From Methanoregula sp. (GTDB taxonomy: Archaea > Halobacteriota > Methanomicrobia > Methanomicrobiales > Methanospirillaceae), in contig JBDKTL010000033.1 in the NCBI GenBank assembly GCA_039698055.1, forward strand, positions 1 to 26,605: a stretch of DNA of 26,605 nucleotides. The letters are read 5' to 3'. Below the pieces are notes generated by a model, which searched no databases, was not told the origin of the DNA, and worked only from the letters and a program-made list of their open reading frames with translations. A program made the translations under genes and the position numbers. Shown piece by piece: positions 1 through 8,765 of the stretch; within the stretch, counting starts at the first letter, position 1; every line of letters starts with the position of its first letter.

Positions 1-33
1 CCGACACCCGACGTGAAGACCATCGGATCTTAC

Positions 34-117
34 CCCCAAAACACCCCCTTTTCTCCATTCACCCCCACTTCAGGTCACCTCAAAGGAGATCCGCCCACCA
101 AAAGCCGCTATTAGCGT
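34..117. repeat. Dispersed non-coding repeat family A, copy 1 (colinear with 2932-3015)
   Basis: 86-117 GAGATCCGCCCACCAAAAGCCGCTATTAGCGT vs 2984-3015 GAGATCCGCCTTCCAAAAGCGTACATTAGCGT (26/32). CCCCAAAAC at 34 and 2932 keeps the same 2898-bp offset. Confidence 0.7.
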
Positions 118-304
118 ACATTTCCAAACCCGAACCATGCCGAATTCCGCCAAACGAAGCACATCCCGAAGTTTCCCAAAATTCGTGTGCCGGAATTCAG
201 TGAATTTCTGCCAGAATGAGGGTCAAGGCACCTGCCAGCGGAAGAGGTCTCCGACGGAGACACAGGTTTGCGAAAGGGTAAGTCTCCCAATGATCCTGGG
301 CCAC

Positions 305-336
305 AATAAACGATCTCCAAAACCCCCCTTCTTTTC
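305..336. repeat. Dispersed repeat family A, partial copy
   Basis: AATAAACGATCTCCAAAACCCCCCTTCTTTTC matches 2922-2953 at 30/32. Confidence 0.8.
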
Positions 337-401
337 ACTGGACCCCTCCTATCCCCCACCCCCCTTCGGCTTTCCCCTCCCAAAAAAAATCCCGGCCCGG
401 A

Positions 402-918
402 GGTACCCCTCCCCCACCATGAGGTACCCCCCCGGCCCCATCACTCCCTCAGTGGCAGGTACCCCCCAAGGGGGGTGTGTCCCCCACAGGCAGGGGTACC
501 CCTTAGGGGGTACCTCCCCTTTTTGCAGGCACATTGCCCAGAGTTCGCGTGCAACTCCGGCGATAACCAATGCACACGTGCGGACCTGTAACCGGGGGGT
601 ACCCCAGGAGGGGTACCTCCCTAAGGGCCAGACACCCCCCAGGGGGGGTATGTCCTTCTGGGGGAGGTACCCTGCCGGAGGGCCTGTCATACATGGGGAG
701 GGACCCCCCCAGAGGGTACCTCACGTACGGGCAGGTACCCTCCCGACCCACCCCTCCCATTGTCAAAAGGGAGCCCCGATTGGCCGGCCCAAATGCCAGG
801 TATCCCTCACCAGTTTACGACGGAAAATGCCGGTTTTCCCGGACACTGCTGGTGGTGGGTGCCGCCCGGAACAGGAGGGGTACCCCTTGGGGGGTACCTC
901 CCTCAGTGGCAGGTACCC
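402..918. repeat. Cluster of palindromic GGTACC motifs in G/C runs
   Basis: 13 GGTACC sites counted: 402, 423, 458, 495, 509, 598, 612, 666, 715, 734, 879, 893, 912. Three pairs are spaced 14 bp apart. An exact 21-bp repeat lies at 444-464 and 898-918. Confidence 0.9.
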
Positions 919-985
919 TCCGGCCCCGGCCAGACCCGGTGCAGATCGGGAGTGGTGGTGTGCCGGAAGTGCCGGAATATATTCC

Positions 986-1086
986 GGGCAACCCGGGCAG
1001 ATGTAACCTTATGTCAGGAAAGTCTCATGAGAAATGTAGACAAAAAAAAGATCCCGGAAATGACCCTCAATGTACCTCATGTGCCC
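986..1086. repeat. 101-bp element family B, copy 1 (degenerate)
   Basis: Core GGAAAGTCTCATGAGAAATGTAGACAAAAAAAAGATCCCGGAAA at 1017-1060, with arms GGGCA...TGCCC. The right flank resembles 25786-25810. Confidence 0.75.
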
Positions 1087-1198
1087 CGCGAATCATGTAC
1101 GGGTGTTTCCCGCCATGATACGGCCCGTCAAAACCAAATGTCTTTAGTCTTTTAACCAGCTCTGTCCATGAGACCGGGGTAATCTTAAGCCCGGACAC
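1067..1198 (-). pseudogene. hicA: Truncated HicA-family toxin (43 codons; not in ORF track)
   Basis: Manual translation from GTG 1198 gives MSGLKITPVSWTELVKRLKTFGFDGPYHGGKHPYMIRGAHEVH*. It has a HicA-type N-terminus with GGKH and overlaps the hicB stop. The C-terminal half is missing and the stop codon lies inside repeat B. Confidence 0.8.
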
Positions 1199-1445
1199 TT
1201 TGATCCAGCCTTACGACTTCTTCGATGGTGCAGTTATCTATCGGGGGAATGGGAAGTCCCCGTCGCAGGCGAACGATAATCCAGCCATCGATCACTTCTT
1301 TAAGGTTCGCCCGGCATTCTTCAAGGGTTTTCCCGGTCGCATAGACTCCTTCCAGTTCCGGGATCTCGCCGTAATAGGGTTCATCGTCGTCGATGAGCTC
1401 GTACCGGGCATGAGCAAGGGCTTTTTCAATATATTCAAGGATCAT
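1185..1445 (-). CDS. hicB: HicB-family antitoxin (UPF0150-like)
   Basis: YYGEIPELEGVYATGKTLEECRANLKEVIDGWI...GLPIP pattern. ATG 1445 is preferred over GTG 1454. Confidence 0.88.
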   Translation of the reverse strand: MILEYIEKALAHARYELIDDDEPYYGEIPELEGVYATGKTLEECRANLKEVIDGWIIVRLRRGLPIPPIDNCTIEEVVRLDQSVRA

Positions 1446-1862
1446 TTTTATCACCAGCTCCGGCAGGGTCCGGGTAATCCTGCCTGTTCAGGTTGATCTT
1501 TGTCTGGTCATCTATTAATTCTCTTCTTATCGAGGGATACTGCCCTTTACGGGATCACACCCACGCTCGTAAAAGCGCCGGTTATTACCCCTTTAGAGCC
1601 TGACCAGATGTTCACCCCCCACCCCATATCGGCCGTTCGTGGTAATCCACAACAAGGTCAGTTAAAATGGAAGACAAAATCCCTGAACTGCACCACACTG
1701 ATTGGCCCACGATTGCACCGCCATGCGAGACCCGGCTAATCTCCTTTCATCATGCAACCCATAGGAGCCCTACAGCCGGATCGGGATTAATATTTTTACT
1801 AAAAGAAGAATTATTTACATATTTACCATTAATCAGCAATCCTATCTTAAAAAAAGGAGAAC

Positions 1863-2861
1863 ATGGCACACATCCACCGCATTTCCGGCAGTACTCAGTA
1901 CCTGATTAACGGGACGCGCCCCATACAGGGAAAAAAGCTGGCGACCTTGGATGAAATTCAGCATTTCTACGATCATTACTCTGAGATTCTTATAGAAACT
2001 CAGACAACCATTTCCCGGCAACAGGATAAGATCATCCTTAGTTTGAGTGCCGACGAATTGCGACTGAACCGGCAATTACAGGATGCAGTTGCCGGTAAAA
2101 CAATTGAAGTGGATAAAAATATTGATGATCTGAACCAGATGATCACTCTCGAAAAGCGTTTTTTTACGCGGACCGGTTACCGGTTACAACATTGGATCGC
2201 AGTTACTTTCCGGGATCAACATATCCATGCTCCCTATGCCGGTATCTCCCGTGAATTAGGTTCAATACGCGACCGAAAAAATACCCACATCAATAACAAG
2301 CAAACACTCATACAACGAGAATGCCATAACATCACAATCTCGTATGAATTCCTGAGAACAAACGAACCTTTTCTCATAGGTGCTCAGGGGGAAGAGGCAG
2401 TTATCGCCGCACTCTCACGATTACCCGATGAATTCCATGTTCTCAATGATGTAAATCTTCATTTTCAACGAGCTATCCATTGGCGGGAAAGAGATGAATA
2501 CATCAAGAACTGCCAGATTGACCATATTGTCGTCGGGCCAACCGGTATTTTTCTTGTAGAAACAAAAAACTGGAAATCTTCAGATATCGAACTGAAATCT
2601 GACAACCTGAAATATCAGGTAAGGCGTTCAAGCCTGGCCCTGTGGTATTATCTTAAAGATTTTTACTGGAGAACCGAGTGGCCGAAAATCCGTAATGTTA
2701 TCGTATCGATGAACGGCTCTCCTTCTGGCCGGAAACCGGATAAGTACATCGATATTGTAACACCGAATCAGTTGTGTAGTTATATCACAGCAAGAAAAAT
2801 TGCCCTGTCCGATGCAGCTATTCACAGATTAGTTGCTTTACTTGCCCGGGATCGACATTGA
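1863..2861 (+). CDS. NERD (nuclease-related) domain protein with N-terminal helical region
   Basis: GAQGEEAV...LNDV...QIDHIVVGPTGIFLVETKNW is a PD-(D/E)xK-type NERD motif. AGGAG precedes the ATG. Confidence 0.85.
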   Translation: MAHIHRISGSTQYLINGTRPIQGKKLATLDEIQHFYDHYSEILIETQTTISRQQDKIILSLSADELRLNRQLQDAVAGKTIEVDKNIDDLNQMITLEKRFFTRTGYRLQHWIAVTFRDQHIHAPYAGISRELGSIRDRKNTHINNKQTLIQRECHNITISYEFLRTNEPFLIGAQGEEAVIAALSRLPDEFHVLNDVNLHFQRAIHWRERDEYIKNCQIDHIVVGPTGIFLVETKNWKSSDIELKSDNLKYQVRRSSLALWYYLKDFYWRTEWPKIRNVIVSMNGSPSGRKPDKYIDIVTPNQLCSYITARKIALSDAAIHRLVALLARDRH

Positions 2862-2921
2862 CGCCCACGATTCTGAATAATGGATTAGGACTTATAACTC
2901 CACCCAAGGGTCATGGCCCGG

Positions 2922-3015
2922 AATAACCGATCCCCAAAACCCCCCTTCTTTTCCCATCACCTCACCTACTCCCCAACCATTCAGAGATCCGCCTTCCAAA
3001 AGCGTACATTAGCGT
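2922..3015. repeat. Dispersed repeat family A, copy downstream of the NERD gene
   Basis: Matches 305-336 (30/32) and 86-117 (26/32). Confidence 0.75.
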
Positions 3016-3437
3016 TTTACACCGCCCCGCAAAATGCTCCGATTGGCGTAAATCACACCAAACCTCCGTTCCCTGAAAAAACTGAGCAAAAGTGTACCGT
3101 TTTTTGCAATAGTTCCGGAAAAGAGCTCCCCGGATGGACAAACCGGGCGTGTAAGATGGCCGGATTAGGGGTGCAGGATGCAGCCCCGGGGGATGTGATT
3201 CCGGCATACGTTTCCTTAAAAGAACGGGAGGGTGGCCCGGATGACAGGACCTTATGCCCCGTCACCGGGCATGTATGATCCACAAACGAAACACACCTCT
3301 GTGCAGGTTGTCATGACCAGTTGGAAAACCAGCACAGGCCCCGGAACCAGCAGGTGCAGCACGCACGTATGCAGAATCCCCGGGCACAGCGGAATTTTGT
3401 TTGCTTACTTCACCGTCATCGTTTTTGGGGAATATAC

Positions 3438-3466
3438 CTGGCGTTGAGTGAAAAAAATGGTGCAGT
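3438..3466. repeat. 29-bp direct repeat, left copy
   Basis: CTGGCGTTGAGTGAAAAAAATGGTGCAGT is identical to 5671-5699. Confidence 0.9.
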
Positions 3467-3591
3467 AATGGTTTGATGACCCGGCAGGATAAGATCTCAT
3501 TGCCTTATCAGTCTTAAAAAAATACAGCACTACCTAAGATACTGCCGGCAGTACCGGGAATTGTTCGGCCTCCCCGCATGACGCCGGCGGC

Positions 3592-4968
3592 ATGAACGGG
3601 ACAGGGATGCAGACACCGGGTCAGGAAACAATCGCAGGGAACACACCGATGAACACTCCACAGGAAACGGTCATGTCAAAAACGGCAGATGTCCCGGCAA
3701 TGGACCGGAAGATCTGGTGGAAGATCATCCCGTTCATCCTTGTCCTGTACGTGATCAGCATCCTTGACCGGATCAATATCGGGTATGCCGCCCTGACCAT
3801 GAACGCAGACCTCGGGATGGACCCGTTCCTCTTCGGCTTTGTTTCGGGAATTTTCTTTGTGGGCTACATCCTGTTCGAAGTCCCAAGCAACCAGATCCTT
3901 GCCAGAACCGGGGCCCGCATCTGGCTGTTCCGCATCATGGTCAGCTGGGGAATCATCGCCATGCTGATGGCCGTTGTCCGGACCCCGCTCGAACTGGGCA
4001 TTCTCCGGTTTTTGCTCGGTGCCGCCGAAGCCGGTTTTGCACCGGGCCTCATCCTGTACCTCTCGTTCTGGTTCAGGAAAGAAACGATTGCAAAGGCTCT
4101 TGCCGTATTTTTTACCGCAATCCCGCTCGCGATGATCATTGCCTCGCCGGTGTCGGCGCTCATCCTCTCCCATGCGTCATGGTTCGGGATTGCGGGATGG
4201 CGGTGGCTGTTTGTGCTCGAAGGAATACCGGCCCTTGTCTTTGGCTGTGCGATCCTCGTCTGCCTCCCGGACCTGCCCGATACGGCGAAATGGCTGAAGC
4301 CTGAAGAACGGGCATGGCTCGCGGCCCGGCTTGACGGGAAACGGGTGCAGGCCGACACCGCAACAAAAATCCCGTTCCGGGAACTGGCCGTATTCCCGAT
4401 GGCAGCGCTCCTCTGTGCGGCATCGTTTCTTGTCGGGCTCTTTTTAACCGGGCTCCTCTTCTGGCTCCCGCAGATGATCCAGAACTCGGGGCTGTCAGGC
4501 TCGCTCTCCGGTACCAGCCTGATCGTCATGATCCCCTACGGTCTTTCTGTCCTTGTCATGTATGCCTGGTCGCGGCATTCCGATCGCAGCGGGGAGCGCC
4601 GCCGTCACGTGGCGATACCGTTCCTTTTCGCAGCAGTATTTCTTATCGCATTAGCCCTCCCGCATGGCGGCATCGGCCCCGGGTTTCTCCTCCTCACCGG
4701 GGCAATCGCGGCATGTTATGCAGCTTACGCCCCGTTTTTTGCCCTGACACTCGATATATTCCCGCCAAATCTCCGGGCGTCCGGCACGGCTCTTGTCAAT
4801 ACCACCGCATCGGTGGGATCGTTCTTTGGCCCGGTGGTCTTTGGCCTTTTTGGCGGGCAGATCGCCGGCCCCCTGTCGGTCCTGCTGTTCTTCCTGCTCG
4901 GGATATCGCTTATTGCCTGTGCAGTCTGCCTGACGAGGAAGAGCAGGGCGGTGCCGGCTGCGGGATAA
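3592..4968 (+). CDS. MFS transporter, anion:cation symporter (TtuB/phthalate-permease-like)
   Basis: LDRINIGYA, FEVPSN, RFLLGAAEAGF, GWRWLFVLEGIP and SDRSGERR motifs, with about 12 hydrophobic segments. The true start may be a later Met. Confidence 0.92.
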   Translation: MNGTGMQTPGQETIAGNTPMNTPQETVMSKTADVPAMDRKIWWKIIPFILVLYVISILDRINIGYAALTMNADLGMDPFLFGFVSGIFFVGYILFEVPSNQILARTGARIWLFRIMVSWGIIAMLMAVVRTPLELGILRFLLGAAEAGFAPGLILYLSFWFRKETIAKALAVFFTAIPLAMIIASPVSALILSHASWFGIAGWRWLFVLEGIPALVFGCAILVCLPDLPDTAKWLKPEERAWLAARLDGKRVQADTATKIPFRELAVFPMAALLCAASFLVGLFLTGLLFWLPQMIQNSGLSGSLSGTSLIVMIPYGLSVLVMYAWSRHSDRSGERRRHVAIPFLFAAVFLIALALPHGGIGPGFLLLTGAIAACYAAYAPFFALTLDIFPPNLRASGTALVNTTASVGSFFGPVVFGLFGGQIAGPLSVLLFFLLGISLIACAVCLTRKSRAVPAAG

Positions 4969-4985
4969 AAAAACCGTGAACCGGT

Positions 4986-5618
4986 TCACGCGTGAGAGAT
5001 GAGCACGCTGATCCCCAGTCCGACAAACAGGACGCAGGTAAACCCGTCAAATCCCCGCTGCACCTTCGGGTTATCCCGTAACCGGTCAGCAATGGCTGAC
5101 GCACAGAGGGCAACAATCATGCACCAGATCGTGCCGGTTACAAAAAAAGTACTTCCGAGAAAAAGAAATGATAATGATCCAAGATTTGCGACAGGATCGA
5201 TAAACTGCGGCAGGAATGCCAGGAAGAACAGCGCCATTTTCGGGTTCAGCAGGTTCGTGAGCAGCCCCTGCCGGTAAATCTGCCAGTTCCCTTCCGCGGT
5301 ATTTTGGAAACGGATGGCCAGAGGGACACCGCTCCTGCGGGCGATTGTCATGATGCCCAGCCAGATCAGGTAGATTCCGCCGGCAAGGCAGATGACCGTG
5401 AACGTGACCGGTGACAGCGCCAGTACGGAATAGAGCCCGATGGCAGCGGCAGCGATATGGATGATGCACCCGGACCCGATGCCAAGCACCGACACCATGC
5501 CTGCCACCCTTCCCTGCGTGATGCTCCGGCCGATAATGTACAGCGTGTCCTGGCCGGGGATAAGGTTCAATGCGATCCCGGCGAGAAGAAAGACAAAAAA
5601 ATTCTGTGTCCCGAACAT
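4986..5618 (-). CDS. LysE/RhtB family translocator
   Basis: IPGQDTLYIIGRS, GGIYLIWLG and QGLLTNLLNPKMALFFLAFLPQF motifs. ATG 5618 is preferred over the longer track start. Confidence 0.92.
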   Translation of the reverse strand: MFGTQNFFVFLLAGIALNLIPGQDTLYIIGRSITQGRVAGMVSVLGIGSGCIIHIAAAAIGLYSVLALSPVTFTVICLAGGIYLIWLGIMTIARRSGVPLAIRFQNTAEGNWQIYRQGLLTNLLNPKMALFFLAFLPQFIDPVANLGSLSFLFLGSTFFVTGTIWCMIVALCASAIADRLRDNPKVQRGFDGFTCVLFVGLGISVLISHA

Positions 5619-5670
5619 GATCTCCGGCAAACTGTTGTGAAAAAAATAGTCGGTGACAGCGATGATAACG

Positions 5671-5699
5671 CTGGCGTTGAGTGAAAAAAATGGTGCAGT
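5671..5699. repeat. 29-bp direct repeat, right copy
   Basis: Identical to 3438-3466. Confidence 0.9.
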
Positions 5700-5885
5700 T
5701 ATCCCGGTCGTCACCACAATCGCGTGAACCCGGAGTCCCTCACACACTCACGGGGAGATCTGCACAAACCGGAAAAACGGGGTGGCGCAAATACGGGGCA
5801 GCCCCTCCGGGCATTAGTTCCGGTTTTTTATTTTCATGGTGCTCAACCGTAACCTTCATTGCCTTTCTGCTCCTGATGGGAACAT

Positions 5886-6080
5886 ATGCAGGATATTGTC
5901 AGCAGCAAAAAGATGGAAAACGGTATTGTGGTTTTCTGGGAAGAGAAGGGCGAGAAGAAAAACGAATCGTTCAATTACGCTGAACTTGTCGACATGAAGA
6001 TCAATGCACTCGACCTGCTCGACCGCCCGAAGTCCTATAAGCTTGACAAGGCTGCACGCAAGATCGTCGTGCAGAAATAA
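5886..6080 (+). CDS. Small hypothetical protein (64 aa)
   Basis: Clean ATG-TAA ORF with natural K/E/D-rich composition, lying in an intergenic gap. Confidence 0.7.
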   Translation: MQDIVSSKKMENGIVVFWEEKGEKKNESFNYAELVDMKINALDLLDRPKSYKLDKAARKIVVQK

Positions 6081-6244
6081 GATCCGGACCCCCAAGAGAA
6101 AATAAAAAACAGCGGGCCGGCACCGGGACGACGGGTACGTTATAGCCTGAAAGAAACACTTTGGGCACTCTGTACGACGCTTCCGAGAACAATCCCACGG
6201 CATTTTTTTATCCCCGCAAACGATAAGTTGTCGTTGGTCATGCA

Positions 6245-6760
6245 ATGAAACCGGACTTCGAACATATCCCGGCATCGTTAAAGGCGCTCGACCGGTGGGT
6301 GGTCTGGAAACGGGAGGACCGGAGCGGGAAAACGACCAAGCCCCCGTATGTCGCCGCCACCGGGCCGGAGCGCCACGCACTGGTCAACGTAAAAACGACG
6401 TGGCGGACATTTGCAGAAGCCGTGGCGGCGTCTGAAACCGGGAACTATGACGGTGTCGGGTTTGTGCTCGGGAACGGGATCATCGGGTTTGATTTCGATC
6501 ATGCGACCGATGAGATGGTACAAGAAGCCCGGTCGCTTGGCACCTACACGGAGTGGAGCCCGAGCGGTACCGGGGTGCACGTGATCGGCCGCTCACCGCT
6601 GGTGGCAAAAGGCCGCAAAAAAGGCAGCGTGGAATTCTACGCGACCGGCCGGTACTTCACGGTCACAGGAAATATCGTGGCCGGATCCCCGCCGGATATT
6701 CTTGAGATCCCGGATGACCGGCTCCGTGCATTCTTAAAAAAACATTTTGATGAAGGATAG
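6245..6760 (+). CDS. Stand-alone primase-polymerase (AEP superfamily, NrS-1/phage-plasmid type) domain
   Basis: RWVVWK...KPPY, GVGFVL...GFDFDH (DxD), TYTEWSPSGTGVHVI (SxSGxGxH) and EFYATGRYFTVTG motifs. Confidence 0.8.
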   Translation: MKPDFEHIPASLKALDRWVVWKREDRSGKTTKPPYVAATGPERHALVNVKTTWRTFAEAVAASETGNYDGVGFVLGNGIIGFDFDHATDEMVQEARSLGTYTEWSPSGTGVHVIGRSPLVAKGRKKGSVEFYATGRYFTVTGNIVAGSPPDILEIPDDRLRAFLKKHFDEG

Positions 6761-7442
6761 AAGTGCTGTAACAATGCGACAGAGTTGTCTGTAGGTAAAC
6801 CGGTACGGGATCGTGATGTCCGGATTTTTTTATTTTTTATATCGGCCGGGACACTGCACACCCCGGTTTTTTCCCGGTTCCTTGCCGGGTACCCTTGTGA
6901 CCCGCTCAGGAGGAATCCGGCAGGGAAGCAGACTCATTTTATGAAAAATCAAAAAAAAGGCTCCGGTAACCTGATGAGGGACGATGAAGTTGGTTAACTG
7001 TCGCGGGAAAAAATAAAAAATCCAAAAATAATCCATTCTATTTTTTATTTTTATCCCGTTTATTGGACAGCCATAACACATACGGAAAACCATGAACTTT
7101 TCTGCCAATGCCCAATTCGAATAACGCAAGTCTGATTTTTCTCTTAAAAGAATGGGGTTCTGTCGTGGCAATGATCGTTTCCCGGGTTATGGGATCTGTG
7201 GGCGGGACCAATGCCGGATGCATATGTCGATATTAATTTTTTTCCAGATAAATAATTGTGCAACCGGTGTTTCTCTTTTGTGTATCCCGCGCCGGTTACC
7301 AGATGTTTCGATCCCATGACAAGATAAAAAAAACTACAAAAAAGGGTCCGATAGGTTCGCGGTTGATTCACCACGTGAACGGCTGGTGATAAATGGCGGT
7401 TGATTAGAGTGCATATTTTGGTTTGGGCAAATAAAAAAATGA

Positions 7443-7748
7443 TTACTTGTTGGTTGTCGGAGATGGAGCTAAGATCCCAGCCATAGCGCCAACAGCAGCA
7501 GAACCAATCGCAATTATTCCATCGGGAATTGTTTTACCCAATCCAACCAGAACTGAAACTGCAATAATAACCAGGAGTATACTAAAGCCAAGGAATAAGA
7601 TTACCCATTTGTAAATATCTCCGTCCAGCTTTAGTTTTATTTTCTTTATTTCATCGCTATCATTTGAATTGGGTATGAGTCCAGAGTCAATACCCTTTAT
7701 GGTAACTTCGCCACTTTCCCCAGCACCAGTTTTTGTTTTCTCAGTCAT
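7443..7748 (-). CDS. Small membrane protein (2 TM), AT-rich
   Basis: Hydrophilic N-terminus followed by two hydrophobic helices, ending GSAAVGAMAGILAPSP. Confidence 0.7.
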   Translation of the reverse strand: MTEKTKTGAGESGEVTIKGIDSGLIPNSNDSDEIKKIKLKLDGDIYKWVILFLGFSILLVIIAVSVLVGLGKTIPDGIIAIGSAAVGAMAGILAPSPTTNK

Positions 7749-7995
7749 AATTTACCAATGGGGATATTTGCACATTACTATAAAAATCGATTGTTAATAA
7801 TTTTCGATTATTCTAAAAAAATCAAAGATAACAAAAATATTAAAAAATTTCTAATTTTTCCGCGTCACAATCAATTGCCATGTAACAAGACTTCAAAAAA
7901 TAAAATTAATATAGGGTAACACGGAAATATACTTCCATCCTGTTATATCAGCAGGATCATGCACGTCCGAGTCAAAACAACACACAGGTGATATC

Positions 7996-8439
7996 ATGAA
8001 ACGTGAAGAAGTGACAGAAAAAATTCTGGATGCAATGCGCGAAAAGAACCTGACGTTTGAGAAGGTCGCTGCGGCAATGGGTAAACACAAAATCTGGGTC
8101 GCGGCTGCCCTCTTTGGCCAGGCAAGTATGAGTGCGGACGAGGCAAACACGGTAATTTCTTTGCTGGGCCTTGATCCTTCCTGTGGAAAAATCCTGCAGG
8201 AATGTCCCTATAAGGGATCGCTTGATACCGTTGTTCCCACCGATCCGCTGGTGTACCGGCTGTACGAGATCATGGCCATCTACGGTGTTCCGATGAAAGC
8301 AGTCATCCATGAAATGTTCGGGGATGGCATTATGAGCGCTATCGATTTTGAGATTGATATCAAAAAGAAAGCAGATCCAAAAGGAGATCGCGTAATTATC
8401 GAGTTAAACGGAAAATTCCTTCCCTACAAGAAATGGTGA
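7996..8439 (+). CDS. cynS: Cyanase (cyanate hydratase)
   Basis: PTDPLVYRLYE, IHEMFGDGIMSAIDF and C-terminal GKFLPYKKW signature. AGGTGA RBS upstream. Confidence 0.97.
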   Translation: MKREEVTEKILDAMREKNLTFEKVAAAMGKHKIWVAAALFGQASMSADEANTVISLLGLDPSCGKILQECPYKGSLDTVVPTDPLVYRLYEIMAIYGVPMKAVIHEMFGDGIMSAIDFEIDIKKKADPKGDRVIIELNGKFLPYKKW

Positions 8440-8765
8440 TCCGCACCGGGCAGGACCGGTTGGGGATATGAACGGTTCTTCGTACCGGAACCGGATATCC
8501 TGTGCGAAAAACCGGAGTTTTATTTTTTTTACACAGAGGCGCACCAGACGGTTTTTTCCAAAAAGAAATCCCGGACACAAAAATCCTGCACTCTTTAAAA
8601 AATACAAAATGATAAATATATACCTCCTGTTCTCGTAAACAAAATTAATTAAAAAACAGCAGGTTTCCCCCAGCAGGATTATCCACACGGCATCTTCCCG
8701 TGGATTTTATTTCATCCTGTTGTCACCTGCGGGTCGTGTTTCCCACCATTTCGGCCGGAGTACCT

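Noticed and set aside
402-918. Possible CRISPR array
   Set aside because: No constant-length repeat alternating with unique spacers, and no cas genes.
111-1155. Overlapping ORFs of 87-289 aa in several frames
   Set aside because: P/G/R-rich translations of GC-rich repeats with no motifs. All frames are similarly open.
3235-3270. GC hairpin as an ncRNA or riboswitch
   Set aside because: A single imperfect stem with no recognisable RNA family features.
5619-5747. N-terminal extension of LysE; similar extensions at 8700, 10382, 10662 and 18492
   Set aside because: Family-typical N-termini begin at later ATGs. The extensions overlap repeats, promoters or neighbouring genes.
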